NCBI GenBank assembly: GCA_965204375.1
Contig: OZ241986.1
Span: 4,800,001 to 4,864,000, forward strand
Length of the DNA: 64,000 nucleotides
Direction of reading: 5' to 3'
From: Candidatus Latescibacterota bacterium
GTDB taxonomy: Bacteria > Latescibacterota > UBA2968
The notes beneath the pieces were generated by a model that did not search any database, had not been told where the DNA came from, and saw only the letters and a program-made list of their open reading frames with translations. Shown here one piece after another: positions 47,265-58,081 of this stretch (positions within the stretch are counted from its first letter, which is position 1; each line of letters begins with the position of its first letter). A program made the position numbers and the translations under genes.

Positions 47265-48332
47265 TCAATCATCATCCTTGCTCGGAATGATCAAGCGGAA
47301 CAGCACGGGATGATGATCCGAGTAGTATTTTGGAAATTCATAAATATCGTACGGATCGCCGGGATAAGGATCTGAGCTTTGCCATGTGTCGCGCATCTGG
47401 TTGATCAGGTCAATGATCTGAAAATCAAACGCCTCGTCTATCTCGTCTAACGCCGCATGCTTGGCTGGGCGATACATAACGTGGTCATAAGGCTTACTCT
47501 TCCCGGCTGCCGTATTCGTCTTTTGGCACTCGTCATTCAGCGATACAAATCCCGCTGGCGTCACATCCCAAAGCTCCGCTTTGTCTTCGATATTCATATC
47601 CCCTACGATGTAGAAGTCCTGTTCCTGTTCGCCGTGTTGGTCAATCCACTCGGCTATGCTCAAAAGCTCGGCCTTGCGTTCTTTTTTTTTGTTTCTGCCT
47701 GGGAACAAATGGACGTTGATGATGACAAAATCCATCTTGCCATCTATGGTGCGGAAGCTGTGGGCATGCGGTACACGGCGATACACGAGGTGGGCTGAGC
47801 GATCTTTTGCCAGAAAGCCGTGAGGTAAATCATCGGCAATCTTCAGTTTGTCAGGCTTGTAAAAAACTACCGACCATTCGGTGTTTATTCCCTTATTGTG
47901 GATTTTTTCTACACTGCCTGTGTCTTCACAAGATAGGGAGTAATCAAAGCCCTGTGCGCTCATCGCATCGAAGAAGGCATCTGCTTCGGGATCCTCTGTA
48001 TATGGCGTTCCATCGCAGTATTGACCGTTATCGGGCGGTGCGACGAGCTCTTGAACGACAACCATATCATAAGGGCTGACCAACTGAGCAAGACTCTTAT
48101 TCTGCTTCTTGTTCGATGAGCCAACGAATTTGATGTTGAAAGAACAGACTGTGATCTTCTTGTCGGTGACTGACTGTTGGCAACCGAACGAGAACAGTAG
48201 AATGCATAATAAAAAGTATTTTTTAAGGCTTTGTAGGTACAAGTATGGTCGCAGCCAAGGGCCATACTGCTCCGCGCCAACGGCCTTCCTCATCTCTAAC
48301 CTCACTACCGAGTTTTTCTCGGATATGCACAT
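47265..48332 (-). CDS. Endonuclease/exonuclease/phosphatase (DNase I-like) lipoprotein
   Basis: LFSFGC lipobox, SFNIK, QE, NVHL, GDMN, YDH, SDHHPV; true start probably near 48225-48242. Confidence 0.85.
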   Translation of the reverse strand: MCISEKNSVVRLEMRKAVGAEQYGPWLRPYLYLQSLKKYFLLCILLFSFGCQQSVTDKKITVCSFNIKFVGSSNKKQNKSLAQLVSPYDMVVVQELVAPPDNGQYCDGTPYTEDPEADAFFDAMSAQGFDYSLSCEDTGSVEKIHNKGINTEWSVVFYKPDKLKIADDLPHGFLAKDRSAHLVYRRVPHAHSFRTIDGKMDFVIINVHLFPGRNKKKERKAELLSIAEWIDQHGEQEQDFYIVGDMNIEDKAELWDVTPAGFVSLNDECQKTNTAAGKSKPYDHVMYRPAKHAALDEIDEAFDFQIIDLINQMRDTWQSSDPYPGDPYDIYEFPKYYSDHHPVLFRLIIPSKDDD

Positions 48333-51300
48333 CTTGGGATAAAACCTCCTTAAGGAAACTCTGGTCTAGGTCAAGATGGGAAAATTTCGTATCGTCTTTG
48401 CGAAAATTTGTCCAGATAATATCTTCGACGAGTTCCCCATCAAGTTCTTCAGGTTTAGGATCGGAAGGCGAGAGTGCGAACAGCCGGAGTTCATGATTGA
48501 AAAAGTGTTCATCTCTCAAGTGGGCAACGAGGTAACTGAGCAATACCACAGGCTCGTCAGCATTATCCGAGAAATAGGCACGTTCCTCCTTGTCATAGGT
48601 GCCAATACCGAGAACGAGGTTTGGCATATCCTCAATATTCTCAGCGGTCCGGAGAGTCTGTAACGCACAGGCGATTATTGGGTGGTTAATACCACCACTT
48701 TTGCATCGGCTCACAGATGGAGATAGTGCTGCTGCTTCACGGTCAAAGACTACCCAACGATTTTGCATTTGATTGTCATTAATATAATAACGAATGGCCT
48801 CCTTTTCTTCAGACCGAAAACTGTCAGTACTAAGATCATAACTCACCTTGTTATAGTTCACTATCCCCTTAGTAGCTTTAATCTTGTCCGACTCTTGGAG
48901 TAGTTCAACCAGATGTTCCATCGTAGCCCTGCCTTTTTCGTCGGGGAGTTGTTCAACCCTGTGGCGGCGCAGTTCATCGTCCACCTGCTCCACATGTTGT
49001 TTGCCTGCTTCAACGGCCTCTCCAATAACCGCATCGTCGGCAGTTTGGCTGCTGAATAGATTTCGCAGTATTTCTAAAGGGATACCCGCCATAATGCGGC
49101 GAAAGTATTCCTCTTGCTTTGTCTCACTCTCCGTGAGATCATTCACGATGTCCAAAAGGCGCTTCGTAAGGCGCCAATATATATCAGCTTCGCGGGAGTC
49201 CCGCAGCAGAATTGTATCTACAATAATTTCATATATCGTGCCGATACGATGCACTCGCCCTATGCGTTGCTCCAAGACCATCGGGTTCCACGGCAGATCG
49301 AAATGGATCAGGCGCCGGGCAATTTGTAGATTGATTCCCTCGCCTCCAGCAGCACTCGACACAAGTACTCTGCGACCGAGGCGACCAGGCTTTGTGAAAT
49401 TCTCTATCGCCGTTCTTCGCTCTGAGGGATCTTGTCCTCCAACGATTACACAGCATGGAATGCCGAGTTGCTCCACATGGCGCTTTATCTCAAAGACCGT
49501 GTCCACGCTCTGGGCAAATACGACGAAAGGCTCATCCTCTTCTTCCAAGAGTTGTGTGAGAACATCGAATTTCGCCTTCGCCTGTGGTGAAGATATCAAA
49601 GAAGCGTACTGCATGAGAAGTTTCGAAAGCCGCCGCTTCTCTTCTTGGCGCATTGCAGCAACGCTGACAGGTCCAACTGATTCATTGAGATCATCGTCTT
49701 CCTCGACGTAATCAGATTCATCCTCTTTCACTGACTTGAGCAACTCTTCTATAAGATCCTCAGGCCTTTGTTTCGCGGACCGATGTCGATATGGAATCAG
49801 TAGCTTAACCCACTCCAGTAGTGTCTTTTCTTTTTTCTCATCAGCGAAATGGCGCAAGTAGCGGCGTAACAGGAAGGCGAATCCAGCCTTAGGGGAACTG
49901 GCCGCATATTGAAGGGCGTGACTCTTCACAAATCCGAGTGCTTGTCTCTTATCATTGGAGTTGTACTGGAGCCAATCGAAAAACTCAGCAATATCGGATA
50001 ACAGGTTATTGTATTCGGAAGGATTGTCTGCATAACGGGGCTGACGGACATTCCTTCGAGGAAAAACAGGACGATCATCCCAATCGCGTATTTCCTCCTT
50101 GATTCGGTAGATAACTCGTCCAGCTATCGCTCGTTGTTGTTCCTCTTGAGAGGCTCTGCGGCCAAGGCCGCACATGAGAGAAATCAAGTTTAGGAACACT
50201 TCGCGATTGCCTTGATGCGGCGTACCAGATAAAAAATAGACACGCCCGCCCTCAGCAAGATGGTGTCCAATGATCTGTTCAAATAGTCTAAACCACTTCT
50301 GAGCGTTTTGGCTATCGCCAGAGCCATACATCCTGAGTTTATGACACTCGTCAGCGATAACTACATCCCATTGTGTACCGCGAAGATAATTTTCTGGATT
50401 TGAGCCAAATCCGAGTCGATGAAGCGACGCGGCAACACATCGATCATGCTCTTTTAGTCCCAATCGGGCTGGAGAGTATTTCTTTTCATCCAGCGAACTA
50501 TTGGCGAATACCCAAAAATCATCCAAGCCCATGTTCTTAAACTCATCTACTACATTGGTTACCAAGCTCCCTGGGGTGACATATAGAACGCGTAAGTCAG
50601 GCTTTGCGGCCTTTAAGCGTTCCAAGAGGAGCCCCATCTCGATAGTCTTACCAAGACCAACTTCGTCAGCAATGAGCATCTCCCGTGGTGCCTCAGCCCC
50701 ACTGAGATACTCAACGAGACTTGTCTGGTGACGGAGTTGAAGAACAGGCAAGCTGTCGAGTTGCCCTGACTGGTTCTCAGCCTGAAGCCAGTAAGCCGCC
50801 AAGCGGCGGAAGTGCTCCTTAGAGTTAGAGACTGCCGCAATACCCTCGTGGGCAAGCTGAGCCGCAGGGGTATCCCAAAAGTCCGGCTTGGCCTCATTGA
50901 CAAACGGTTTCGGTACCTGGATGCGTGCTGGATGATGCTCTGGATCCACCGGTGATATATCCGAAACCGCAAGCCACTGCTCCTGTCCAAAGAGTCCGCT
51001 ACCCTCGGTCTGCACTTGGGCTATCCCCCACATAGGTCGGTCTCGAAAAACTACATATTCTCGCTGCTTCATGTATTGATTCTCCTTCTTCTTTTTATCG
51101 CCGAGAGTAGGCCGTAAAGTTCGGCCATCTTTCCACCAGCGATCAAAAACCTCGACTAACTGTTTGATTGTTGATTCCGAGAATTTTCCTGATAATCCTA
51201 CCGACATTTCGATATTGTGAGGTTGTATTCCCAGACCCAGACCTTTACCAGTCAGGTTCACCGATCCGACAACCGCTGCTTTATCATCCAGAATAAGGAT

Positions 51301-51784
51301 CTTCGGATGAAATATCCCATCTTCATCTCTTACTGGTCCTGGTCGCGCTGATGCGGTTCGACATTCAATTTCATCGCTGGCAAACATCGTCTCTATAATT
51401 GAGGACACCACCCGAGAATCAGTTTGCCCCATATCCGATAGTAACTTTATCTGGACTTGTCGGTCTCGGGTCAAACGTCGAATCCACTGAAGACCAAGCA
51501 CACTAACAGTGAATGTCGCGCATCGAATCGTTTTGAAGGACACCTCCTGTGCCGTTCTTTCGAGCCACTCCCTTAGGTAGTGTCTGAAAAGTCTGAATTT
51601 CCTCTAAATACCGATTTGGGCTATTCACCAAACCCTATAAAATAAGGTGTCTGATAAAATCGCTTACAAGTCATTTTAGGCTCAAAGCGACTTTTCAGAC
51701 AGAACCTAGTGCGATGCCGTCTTCCAACGCGATAACGCCTGCATCATCCTGTACCCTCAATCCCTTTTCTTTCAACTTTTCCAT
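48223..51784 (-). CDS. PLD(HKD)-SNF2 helicase fusion; 5' end interrupted by MITE (residual ORF 48223-51543)
   Basis: FHPKILILD...GSVNLT; ADEVGLGKT, DECH, SGTP, GEGINLQ, LPWNPMVLEQRIGRVHRIG; removing the MITE restores frame from ATG 51784. Confidence 0.85.
51576..51706. mobile_element. 131-bp MITE with 18-bp terminal inverted repeats and TA duplication
   Basis: GGTAGTGTCTGAAAAGTC / GACTTTTCAGACAGAACC (16/18); TA at 51574-75 and 51707-08. Confidence 0.88.
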
Positions 51785-51845
51785 TGGTTGGCCTTCTGTT
51801 ACTCCATCGCTTCTTTTAATTCACGCTTGATACTCGCAACGCTAC

Positions 51846-53096
51846 TCATGAGGCCTTCTCCATGTCCTGATCAAGATGTGGAGAAGATTGCGCCAGTGTG
51901 TCTCGCCACCAGTTGAGAAGTACGCCGCGAGTAATGTAGTGAAAGCAGTGAAGATTAATGGGGACGTCTTTATTTAGCCAGGTTCCACCCTGCGAAGACG
52001 AAGCAAGACCGAATGGAACTTCTGGTGGAGGCGACTCGTTGTCAACGGGGTCTGGGAATAGAAGCATTGGGGCAGGAAATGGTATTCCGCCATGTAGATA
52101 CCGCGAACGATATGTGTAAATCTTGTTGAGAACTCTCTTCAATCCAGAATTTGACCATTTGACCTGGAGTGTCTCGTGCTCTGGCCTTTGGGCTGGCGCA
52201 TCTGGCATGAAATGCATCGTAAAGTCCCTGAACTTCTTGGTTGCACCAAGCGAAGATGCAATTAACTCAGCCACCTTACGAACGTGTTCAGCACCGCCAT
52301 GTTCTTCAAGATATGTTGCAAGCTCCGGTTTAGAGGCTCTGAGGCGTTCATCAGGACTGGTGTCGGTTTCATAAAAATCATTTGCGGCTGTTTCAAGAGC
52401 AGAGACAAACATCAGCCATGCAAGATTCGGTTCGGATTCCGCAATCCAAAGTGCGTTTTGGTAGGATCTGCACGCACGAATTAGGTTGACATATTGCTTA
52501 GGATCAATCCGGGGAATTGATTCCAGTATTTTCAATTCATCCATTGAATGCGTACCAACCACTGCCGGAAGGATCAATTGATTAGATCGGACGCGAACAA
52601 TGGGTTTGGGTTCGTACTGCCACTCGCGAGGTCGTCCGTACGGATCTCCGCTTGGTTCGAATCGACGCGATATACCACCTGCATGAATTCGAACCCCGAG
52701 GGCAACTGACATAAGTGCAGCAATTTCATCTTCCCATCCCCCACCGTGGTAAAGCGACTCGTCCGTCTTCGACATGTCAGGGGAGTAGTAGTCAGGCAAA
52801 TGTATCGCAGCCCTTAGAATGATCGGAACATTAACGATGCCGGGACCATCAGGGAATGGGACAGTATTTAGAAAGCTGTAGGGACCTAAGCCTTCGCGGA
52901 ATTCACCAGTGATATGTGCATCAGAGTAAAGGGAATATTCAACGACAAGAGCGTCGTGGGGATCTGATACGTTGCGCCAATTGAACCAGTTAAGCTGTGA
53001 CAAGAGTTCCGTTCCAGTGTTGGCGTCAGGAGAAGATTGTATATCATCAGATTGGGAAAGTTCTGCCATTTTTTTTTGCTTTAGTTTGTCAGCCAT
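51846..53096 (-). CDS. ApeA-like HEPN domain protein
   Basis: AWLMFVSALET helix and C-terminal Y.YRSRYLHG (RxxxxH). Confidence 0.7.
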   Translation of the reverse strand: MADKLKQKKMAELSQSDDIQSSPDANTGTELLSQLNWFNWRNVSDPHDALVVEYSLYSDAHITGEFREGLGPYSFLNTVPFPDGPGIVNVPIILRAAIHLPDYYSPDMSKTDESLYHGGGWEDEIAALMSVALGVRIHAGGISRRFEPSGDPYGRPREWQYEPKPIVRVRSNQLILPAVVGTHSMDELKILESIPRIDPKQYVNLIRACRSYQNALWIAESEPNLAWLMFVSALETAANDFYETDTSPDERLRASKPELATYLEEHGGAEHVRKVAELIASSLGATKKFRDFTMHFMPDAPAQRPEHETLQVKWSNSGLKRVLNKIYTYRSRYLHGGIPFPAPMLLFPDPVDNESPPPEVPFGLASSSQGGTWLNKDVPINLHCFHYITRGVLLNWWRDTLAQSSPHLDQDMEKAS

Positions 53097-53152
53097 ACAA
53101 TTCTCCGTTGAGGTTGTATATTATCAGATTGTGCAATATTTGTCTTCTAACG

Positions 53153-54130
53153 TCAACGCGTACTATTTCCCTTGTGCGGTCCATCTCCAATGACGGCAGA
53201 TATACGCGCTGCAAGCCTCTGCCGTAATTCTCCCGGCGTTTCCCAAACAATGTGATTGTACTGGCGTGTATCGAAATGGACATTTTGCAACGCATCCTCT
53301 TTACAGGTAAAAATGACCTCGATACCGAGTCCATGTGCAAAGCCAGCTTCGTAATAGACACCCCCACGCGCTCCATCCTCTCCCTGGGTGAAATCAGCGA
53401 CAACAAAGCGAGATCGTTTGATTTCGGCGATGATCTCGTCGTCTATCTTGTTGACATGTTCTTTTTGATCAATTCGGACAGCTTCATATCCTGCATCTTC
53501 GATTCCGCGCCTAATGCCTTCTTTCCACGCTTTGTCGGTAGAGTCGTCAAACCACATGGCTACAAAGCCTTTTGGTGATTCGGGAACCCTTTTCCTAAGT
53601 TTTGCGAGCTGACCGTACCCTGCGATAGTTAGGGTGTAAGAGATTCCGTCTATTTTTACCCAACCTTGCATAGACACATGTTCCAATAGGAAATCTATCT
53701 CGTGTGGTTCAATAGATTCCGTCCATGCTGCTATTGCATGGTTATCTATATCGGAGTGGGTGTAAGAAATAGATCGTCCAATCTCTGAAGTCTCATTTTC
53801 GATATATTGGAGAAGCCGGTCTGCACGGTCATAGACGGACAAGCCTATTGTCTGTTTCGCTATTCTGAGCCTGGTTGTGTCTATTTCTGGACATTTGACA
53901 CCTGACAGTCTTTGATCGACTAACCATGAAGTCAAACGCGCTCTGAATTTGGCATCATCCTTTGGGTACTGTAAGTAATGGCCCTCGGTATGTAGGGATG
54001 AACTGGCTGTTCCAGTGATGGAGTACCTGCCGCCCGCACGAGGCGAATCTATCATTTTTACATCTCTATCAAAAAGAGATTCTACAGAAGCTGGTGTACC
54101 CCAGATTGGACAGCGTGATTCTTGGTTCAT
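53153..54130 (-). CDS. Nucleoside 2-deoxyribosyltransferase-like (TIR-like fold) protein with N-terminal extension
   Basis: FVAMWF, RIDQ.EH..KIDDEIIAEI, VVADFT, RGGVYYEAGFAHGLG, HFDTRQYNHIVW. Confidence 0.8.
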   Translation of the reverse strand: MNQESRCPIWGTPASVESLFDRDVKMIDSPRAGGRYSITGTASSSLHTEGHYLQYPKDDAKFRARLTSWLVDQRLSGVKCPEIDTTRLRIAKQTIGLSVYDRADRLLQYIENETSEIGRSISYTHSDIDNHAIAAWTESIEPHEIDFLLEHVSMQGWVKIDGISYTLTIAGYGQLAKLRKRVPESPKGFVAMWFDDSTDKAWKEGIRRGIEDAGYEAVRIDQKEHVNKIDDEIIAEIKRSRFVVADFTQGEDGARGGVYYEAGFAHGLGIEVIFTCKEDALQNVHFDTRQYNHIVWETPGELRQRLAARISAVIGDGPHKGNSTR

Positions 54131-54186
54131 GCTTTCGTCTCCTTAATAACAGAAATCTCTCCGTGAGCCGCCACACACAAGGGATT

Positions 54187-54435
54187 TTATCTTTTAAAGA
54201 ATTCTGTTCTTTGCTCGGTTGATGTACCTGTAGCAAAGGTCTCTCCTTCAGGTTCAATACCTATCCAGCAGAGAAGCTCTATTTCGTCCTGATTGATCGG
54301 GGGCAGAAGCGGAGGGGGTTTAGTCGGTTCGGGGCCGGTCTCGAGGATTTGCTCAATTAGGCAACTTGCGATTGCTACACCGCTGTGGTCGTCGGATATG
54401 GCTAACGGCGGATAGTCGCGGATGAACTCGGCCAT
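54187..54435 (-). CDS. Small hypothetical protein or gene fragment
   Basis: 82 aa ORF filling gap in co-oriented cluster; no clear RBS. Confidence 0.35.
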   Translation of the reverse strand: MAEFIRDYPPLAISDDHSGVAIASCLIEQILETGPEPTKPPPLLPPINQDEIELLCWIGIEPEGETFATGTSTEQRTEFFKR

Positions 54436-54451
54436 GTGCAGGCCGCAGTAT

Positions 54452-55564
54452 TCAATCTACGGGTACTTCCTCATATTCTGGTGAAATTAGTCCTTCAAAG
54501 GCTTCACCAACTGTCTTGAAAAGCGGTAAACCAAGCAGATTGTCTTGTTCACAATGAGTTGGTAAAGGCAATTTGACCATTGGCAATTCTTTTTTAGAAC
54601 CCAAAAATATGAACCGCTTTCTCTTTTGGGCACTACCATAATCTGCAGCATTTAAGATGCGACTCTCAACATTGTAGCCCAGGCTATTCATGTGTCCAGT
54701 TATTTCCTTCAGCAAAGAGCCTTTTTCAATTCCCTTTAGATTTGATACATTCTCCATTACAAAATAAGGTGGCACTATCTCTTTCAGGAAGCGGATAAAT
54801 TCAAAAATCAATGCGCCCCGAGAATCACTGGTTCCCTTTTGTTTACCCGCTTGACTGAAAGCCTGGCAAGGGGGGCCGCCATAAACGACCCAAATATCGT
54901 CGCGGGATATGTTGCACTTTTTAAGCAATTGCTCGGGAACAATTTCTGAAATATCCGCATTAAACACTGCCACTTTATCCTTGAAATATCCCTTTAGCGT
55001 ATCGCAACGGTCTTTTTCAATTTCAACACAGGCAGTTGGTTCAAAATGACTACCATCATCCTCAAATTCTACGCTCTCAGCAGCTATATCTAATCCTCCT
55101 GCCCCACTAAATAAACTAAGTGTCTTGAAAGTTTTCTCATGCGGCCAGTGTTTCTTCAGAGAGATCATTAAGGATTCAAATATGGCCTTACCGAGTTCGA
55201 CTGGCACGGCATCTCCAACCTGACTCTGAACACTGGTAAGAGACCCCTTAAATTCAATATCATCTGGAAAACCCTGTAATCTTGCTGCTTCCCTCGGCGT
55301 GATAAATCGATTTTCATAAGGATGAACAAATTTATTAAAAATATAACCCGTTACGGTTAAAGAAGGTTGGCTCGGATCAAGTCTTATGATGCGCAGATTA
55401 GGGCCTCCCTTGCGAGTAGGATCTTCTTTAACATAGTAACGAAAACTTTCATGCCATAGTTCCTCTGGCAGATCCTGCATTTTCTGACCGATACCCAGCG
55501 CATTGATCCGTCGTTGGACATCTATTCCAACTCTGCGAGGTTGATGATTAAAGACTTCCAGCAC
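54452..55564 (-). CDS. Circularly permuted DNA (cytosine-5) methyltransferase
   Basis: TRD, motif IX (REAARLQGFPD) and X (QVGDAVP) precede I (LFSGAGG), IV (GPPCQAFS), VI (ENV), VIII (QKRKR). Confidence 0.93.
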   Translation of the reverse strand: MLEVFNHQPRRVGIDVQRRINALGIGQKMQDLPEELWHESFRYYVKEDPTRKGGPNLRIIRLDPSQPSLTVTGYIFNKFVHPYENRFITPREAARLQGFPDDIEFKGSLTSVQSQVGDAVPVELGKAIFESLMISLKKHWPHEKTFKTLSLFSGAGGLDIAAESVEFEDDGSHFEPTACVEIEKDRCDTLKGYFKDKVAVFNADISEIVPEQLLKKCNISRDDIWVVYGGPPCQAFSQAGKQKGTSDSRGALIFEFIRFLKEIVPPYFVMENVSNLKGIEKGSLLKEITGHMNSLGYNVESRILNAADYGSAQKRKRFIFLGSKKELPMVKLPLPTHCEQDNLLGLPLFKTVGEAFEGLISPEYEEVPVD

Positions 55565-55579
55565 GGTCTTCTCCCCATA

Positions 55580-56854
55580 TTAAAAAGTAAATGTCGATCT
55601 GATCCATTCATCACGGGCCGAAACCTCAATTAAAGAAACAATACCATCAACGAGATTAAACAGCCTTGTATCCGGAGGCAAATCCTTAGCACTTCTCACA
55701 GCCCTCGATTCATCCCTTGTCCAAATTATATCTTTTATTGCGCTCATATACGCCTCAAAATGTCTAACCGCCGGAATATTTGTTACAATTCCCACTTTGT
55801 AGTCAAAATTATACGCGGGCTTTCCTTCTGCGCCGACTTTCAGTACTTGATAGGTCGCTTTTTTAAGATCATCTGTTCTATCCATACCCACACTCGTTTT
55901 ACCATCAGAAATCGTCTCATAACCTACCCTCGGCCTCTTTGGCCAATCATCTGGTCTTGGATTAGGCGGTCCACATGCATTGGTAAACCAAAATGGTGTT
56001 TGAGGAACGCGAGTACCATAGCATTCAAAAGCGTCCTTCCAGAATCGAAAATAACTGTCAAGAAATGTGGAATCTGAATTTAAGAGGTTGAGAAGTCCAT
56101 CATATGCCCACGCTGTATCATTCCTTTCTTTTTTTGTTCCCAAAGGAAAGATTCGACCATCCCAGATATTTTCATCTTCTTTGTAAATTGGCAGATATAT
56201 TCCAATTTCGGAACCATAAAGTCCTGTGTGATCAGTCTCTCTATGGGATACGGTCTCTGTTAAAGAATCTATCTCTTCGGTTAATTCTTGTGTCCGCACG
56301 ACCAACGGCAATGTACAAAGCGGAGCAGCTTTGACCTCAGCGAAAAAGACTACTTCAGCGTCTGATGAATGATCTTGAAAAATCAAATCTACTGGCTCTG
56401 TTCCCCTTTTTATCTCAATGGATAAGCCTTTCCGATGAAACATTTCAGCTAAAAAAAGAGCTAAAAGTCTTGAAGTTGCCGCACCGATTGCCCCAGACTG
56501 AGGTTTATTGGCTTTATGGTACACAAACTGATCTTCGAGTAAACATCTTGGGCAGGCATTAATATACGGATAGAGTAAAAGCGGAGAGTCTCCTTCTGGG
56601 CAATAAACCCATCCCACATGGGCAACAGAACCATAATATTCTGCTGCAACGAGAAGATCAAAAGCCGCTGCTAAGTGAAGGGATTTTTCTTTTTTATCAG
56701 ATCTCAGACTAATTTCGTCTAATAGCTTAATTATCAAAGATTTTTCTATTTTCTCAGAATGAAATGGCTTTGTTCGCCTGAGAATTTCTTTAATCCAAGC
56801 ATCGCCATCAGGATGTGGGTTGGTAGAAGAAAATAGACCGATTTGTTTAGGCAT
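55580..56854 (-). CDS. Putative type II restriction endonuclease partner of the permuted MTase
   Basis: Adjacent to MTase; EPVD...AEVK PD-(D/E)xK-like motif; AT-rich. Confidence 0.7.
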   Translation of the reverse strand: MPKQIGLFSSTNPHPDGDAWIKEILRRTKPFHSEKIEKSLIIKLLDEISLRSDKKEKSLHLAAAFDLLVAAEYYGSVAHVGWVYCPEGDSPLLLYPYINACPRCLLEDQFVYHKANKPQSGAIGAATSRLLALFLAEMFHRKGLSIEIKRGTEPVDLIFQDHSSDAEVVFFAEVKAAPLCTLPLVVRTQELTEEIDSLTETVSHRETDHTGLYGSEIGIYLPIYKEDENIWDGRIFPLGTKKERNDTAWAYDGLLNLLNSDSTFLDSYFRFWKDAFECYGTRVPQTPFWFTNACGPPNPRPDDWPKRPRVGYETISDGKTSVGMDRTDDLKKATYQVLKVGAEGKPAYNFDYKVGIVTNIPAVRHFEAYMSAIKDIIWTRDESRAVRSAKDLPPDTRLFNLVDGIVSLIEVSARDEWIRSTFTF

Positions 56855-56899
56855 AAATCACCCATCAAAAGGTTAAAGATCACGACAATTTACGAATAT

Positions 56900-56928
56900 A
56901 TTATACTACACGTTAGTTCACGTATCAA
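56900..56928 (-). promoter_or_regulatory. Sigma70-like promoter of R-M operon
   Basis: TTGATA-17 bp-TATAAT. Confidence 0.7.
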
Positions 56929-57107
56929 GACCAAAAACTTACTGATTCAAAATCCGTTTTGATTCTTTGTAACAGAGCCATGATTGCCAGGTCCGCCAGT
57001 TGAAGTAGGGCGGGATTGCTGAATTCATATACATACCTGAGACATTTTCGAATCTGAAAGAAGCTCTACTTCATTCGACATATCACTCCTTTTCTGAATA
57101 CAGTCCG

Positions 57108-58007
57108 TCAGAGTGACTGATACGCCGGTATGTCCTCTTGATCCTTCCACAACCGCACGGTGAACCTATTTTCTTCCTCAATAAAGTCTGGTTCGGTGTT
57201 ATTGTGGGCACGCATACCTGGAATAATTTTGTTCCGCACGCCCATGCCTCGAGCATCAACATAACCGTAGTCGCGCATGATATTGACCAGCGTCTGATTG
57301 CGCGCGTAGCGCATGCCTGATTTCATCCCGTCTATTGTCACTGTATTGGGCAATTTACCGGGACTCTGAATCTCGAGACGATCAGAATAGATAGCCAGCA
57401 TGATGTCAGTCCCTGCAATACTGTAATCGCGGTGAACGAGCGCGTTCACAATAGCTTCCCGAATCACAATTTCCGGATATTCCCAGCGGTCAATACGCCG
57501 ACCGCGCTCGATATGGGCCGTTGGCGTCGTGTTGCGACGCACAAAGTCCCAGGCTTGCTCGACAAGGCCGATTTCAACTATGTTTCCGTTGGCGTCTTTC
57601 AGGGGAACCATAGGGCCGCGCAGGTCCTCATCGGCGCGGGTTGCGTAATCGGGTTCAGGTCCCGGATAGCAGATCGCGCGAATTCCCGATTGAGGCATGT
57701 ATCTATCTGGTTTTCTTCCAAAGAGAAGCAACCCATCGATGGTCGCAACGTGCTGGGCACCAGACACGGTCATCAGTTCGATATTTCGCAACAGCGTTTC
57801 CCAACCATCAAAATCATCTGTTGCTGGGGCTGGCCCACCGATAACCTGCATCAGGTAATCGCGTAGGCGACGAAGGTCAAAAGCGTCGAGACTCGCGCCT
57901 GGCACGGGCTTCAAACCGTAGCGAAAGTGGCCCGACGCCTGGTACATCCGCTCGAGCTCCTCTCGGCTCGCCTCTGATGCGTTAGTGGTGGGATCCTTGT
58001 CGTTCAC
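57108..58007 (-). pseudogene. AlbA/RecG-C (HATPase_c_4) regulator-like protein lacking N-terminal AlbA domain
   Basis: GLLLFG, YP...IREAIVNALVHRDYS, IYSDRLEIQSPG, RN; begins at EASREEL linker normally following AlbA. Confidence 0.7.
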
Positions 58008-58081
58008 TTCTATCTCCTCTTACAGATTTTTTTCGTCCTCAACATTCCCGAAAGGTCATAAATTCGGATCGGCATATCTAA

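Noticed and set aside
48223-55564. Complete DISARM, CBASS, Thoeris or retron system
   Set aside because: No DrmA/DrmB, cyclase, ThsA-like or reverse transcriptase gene in the window
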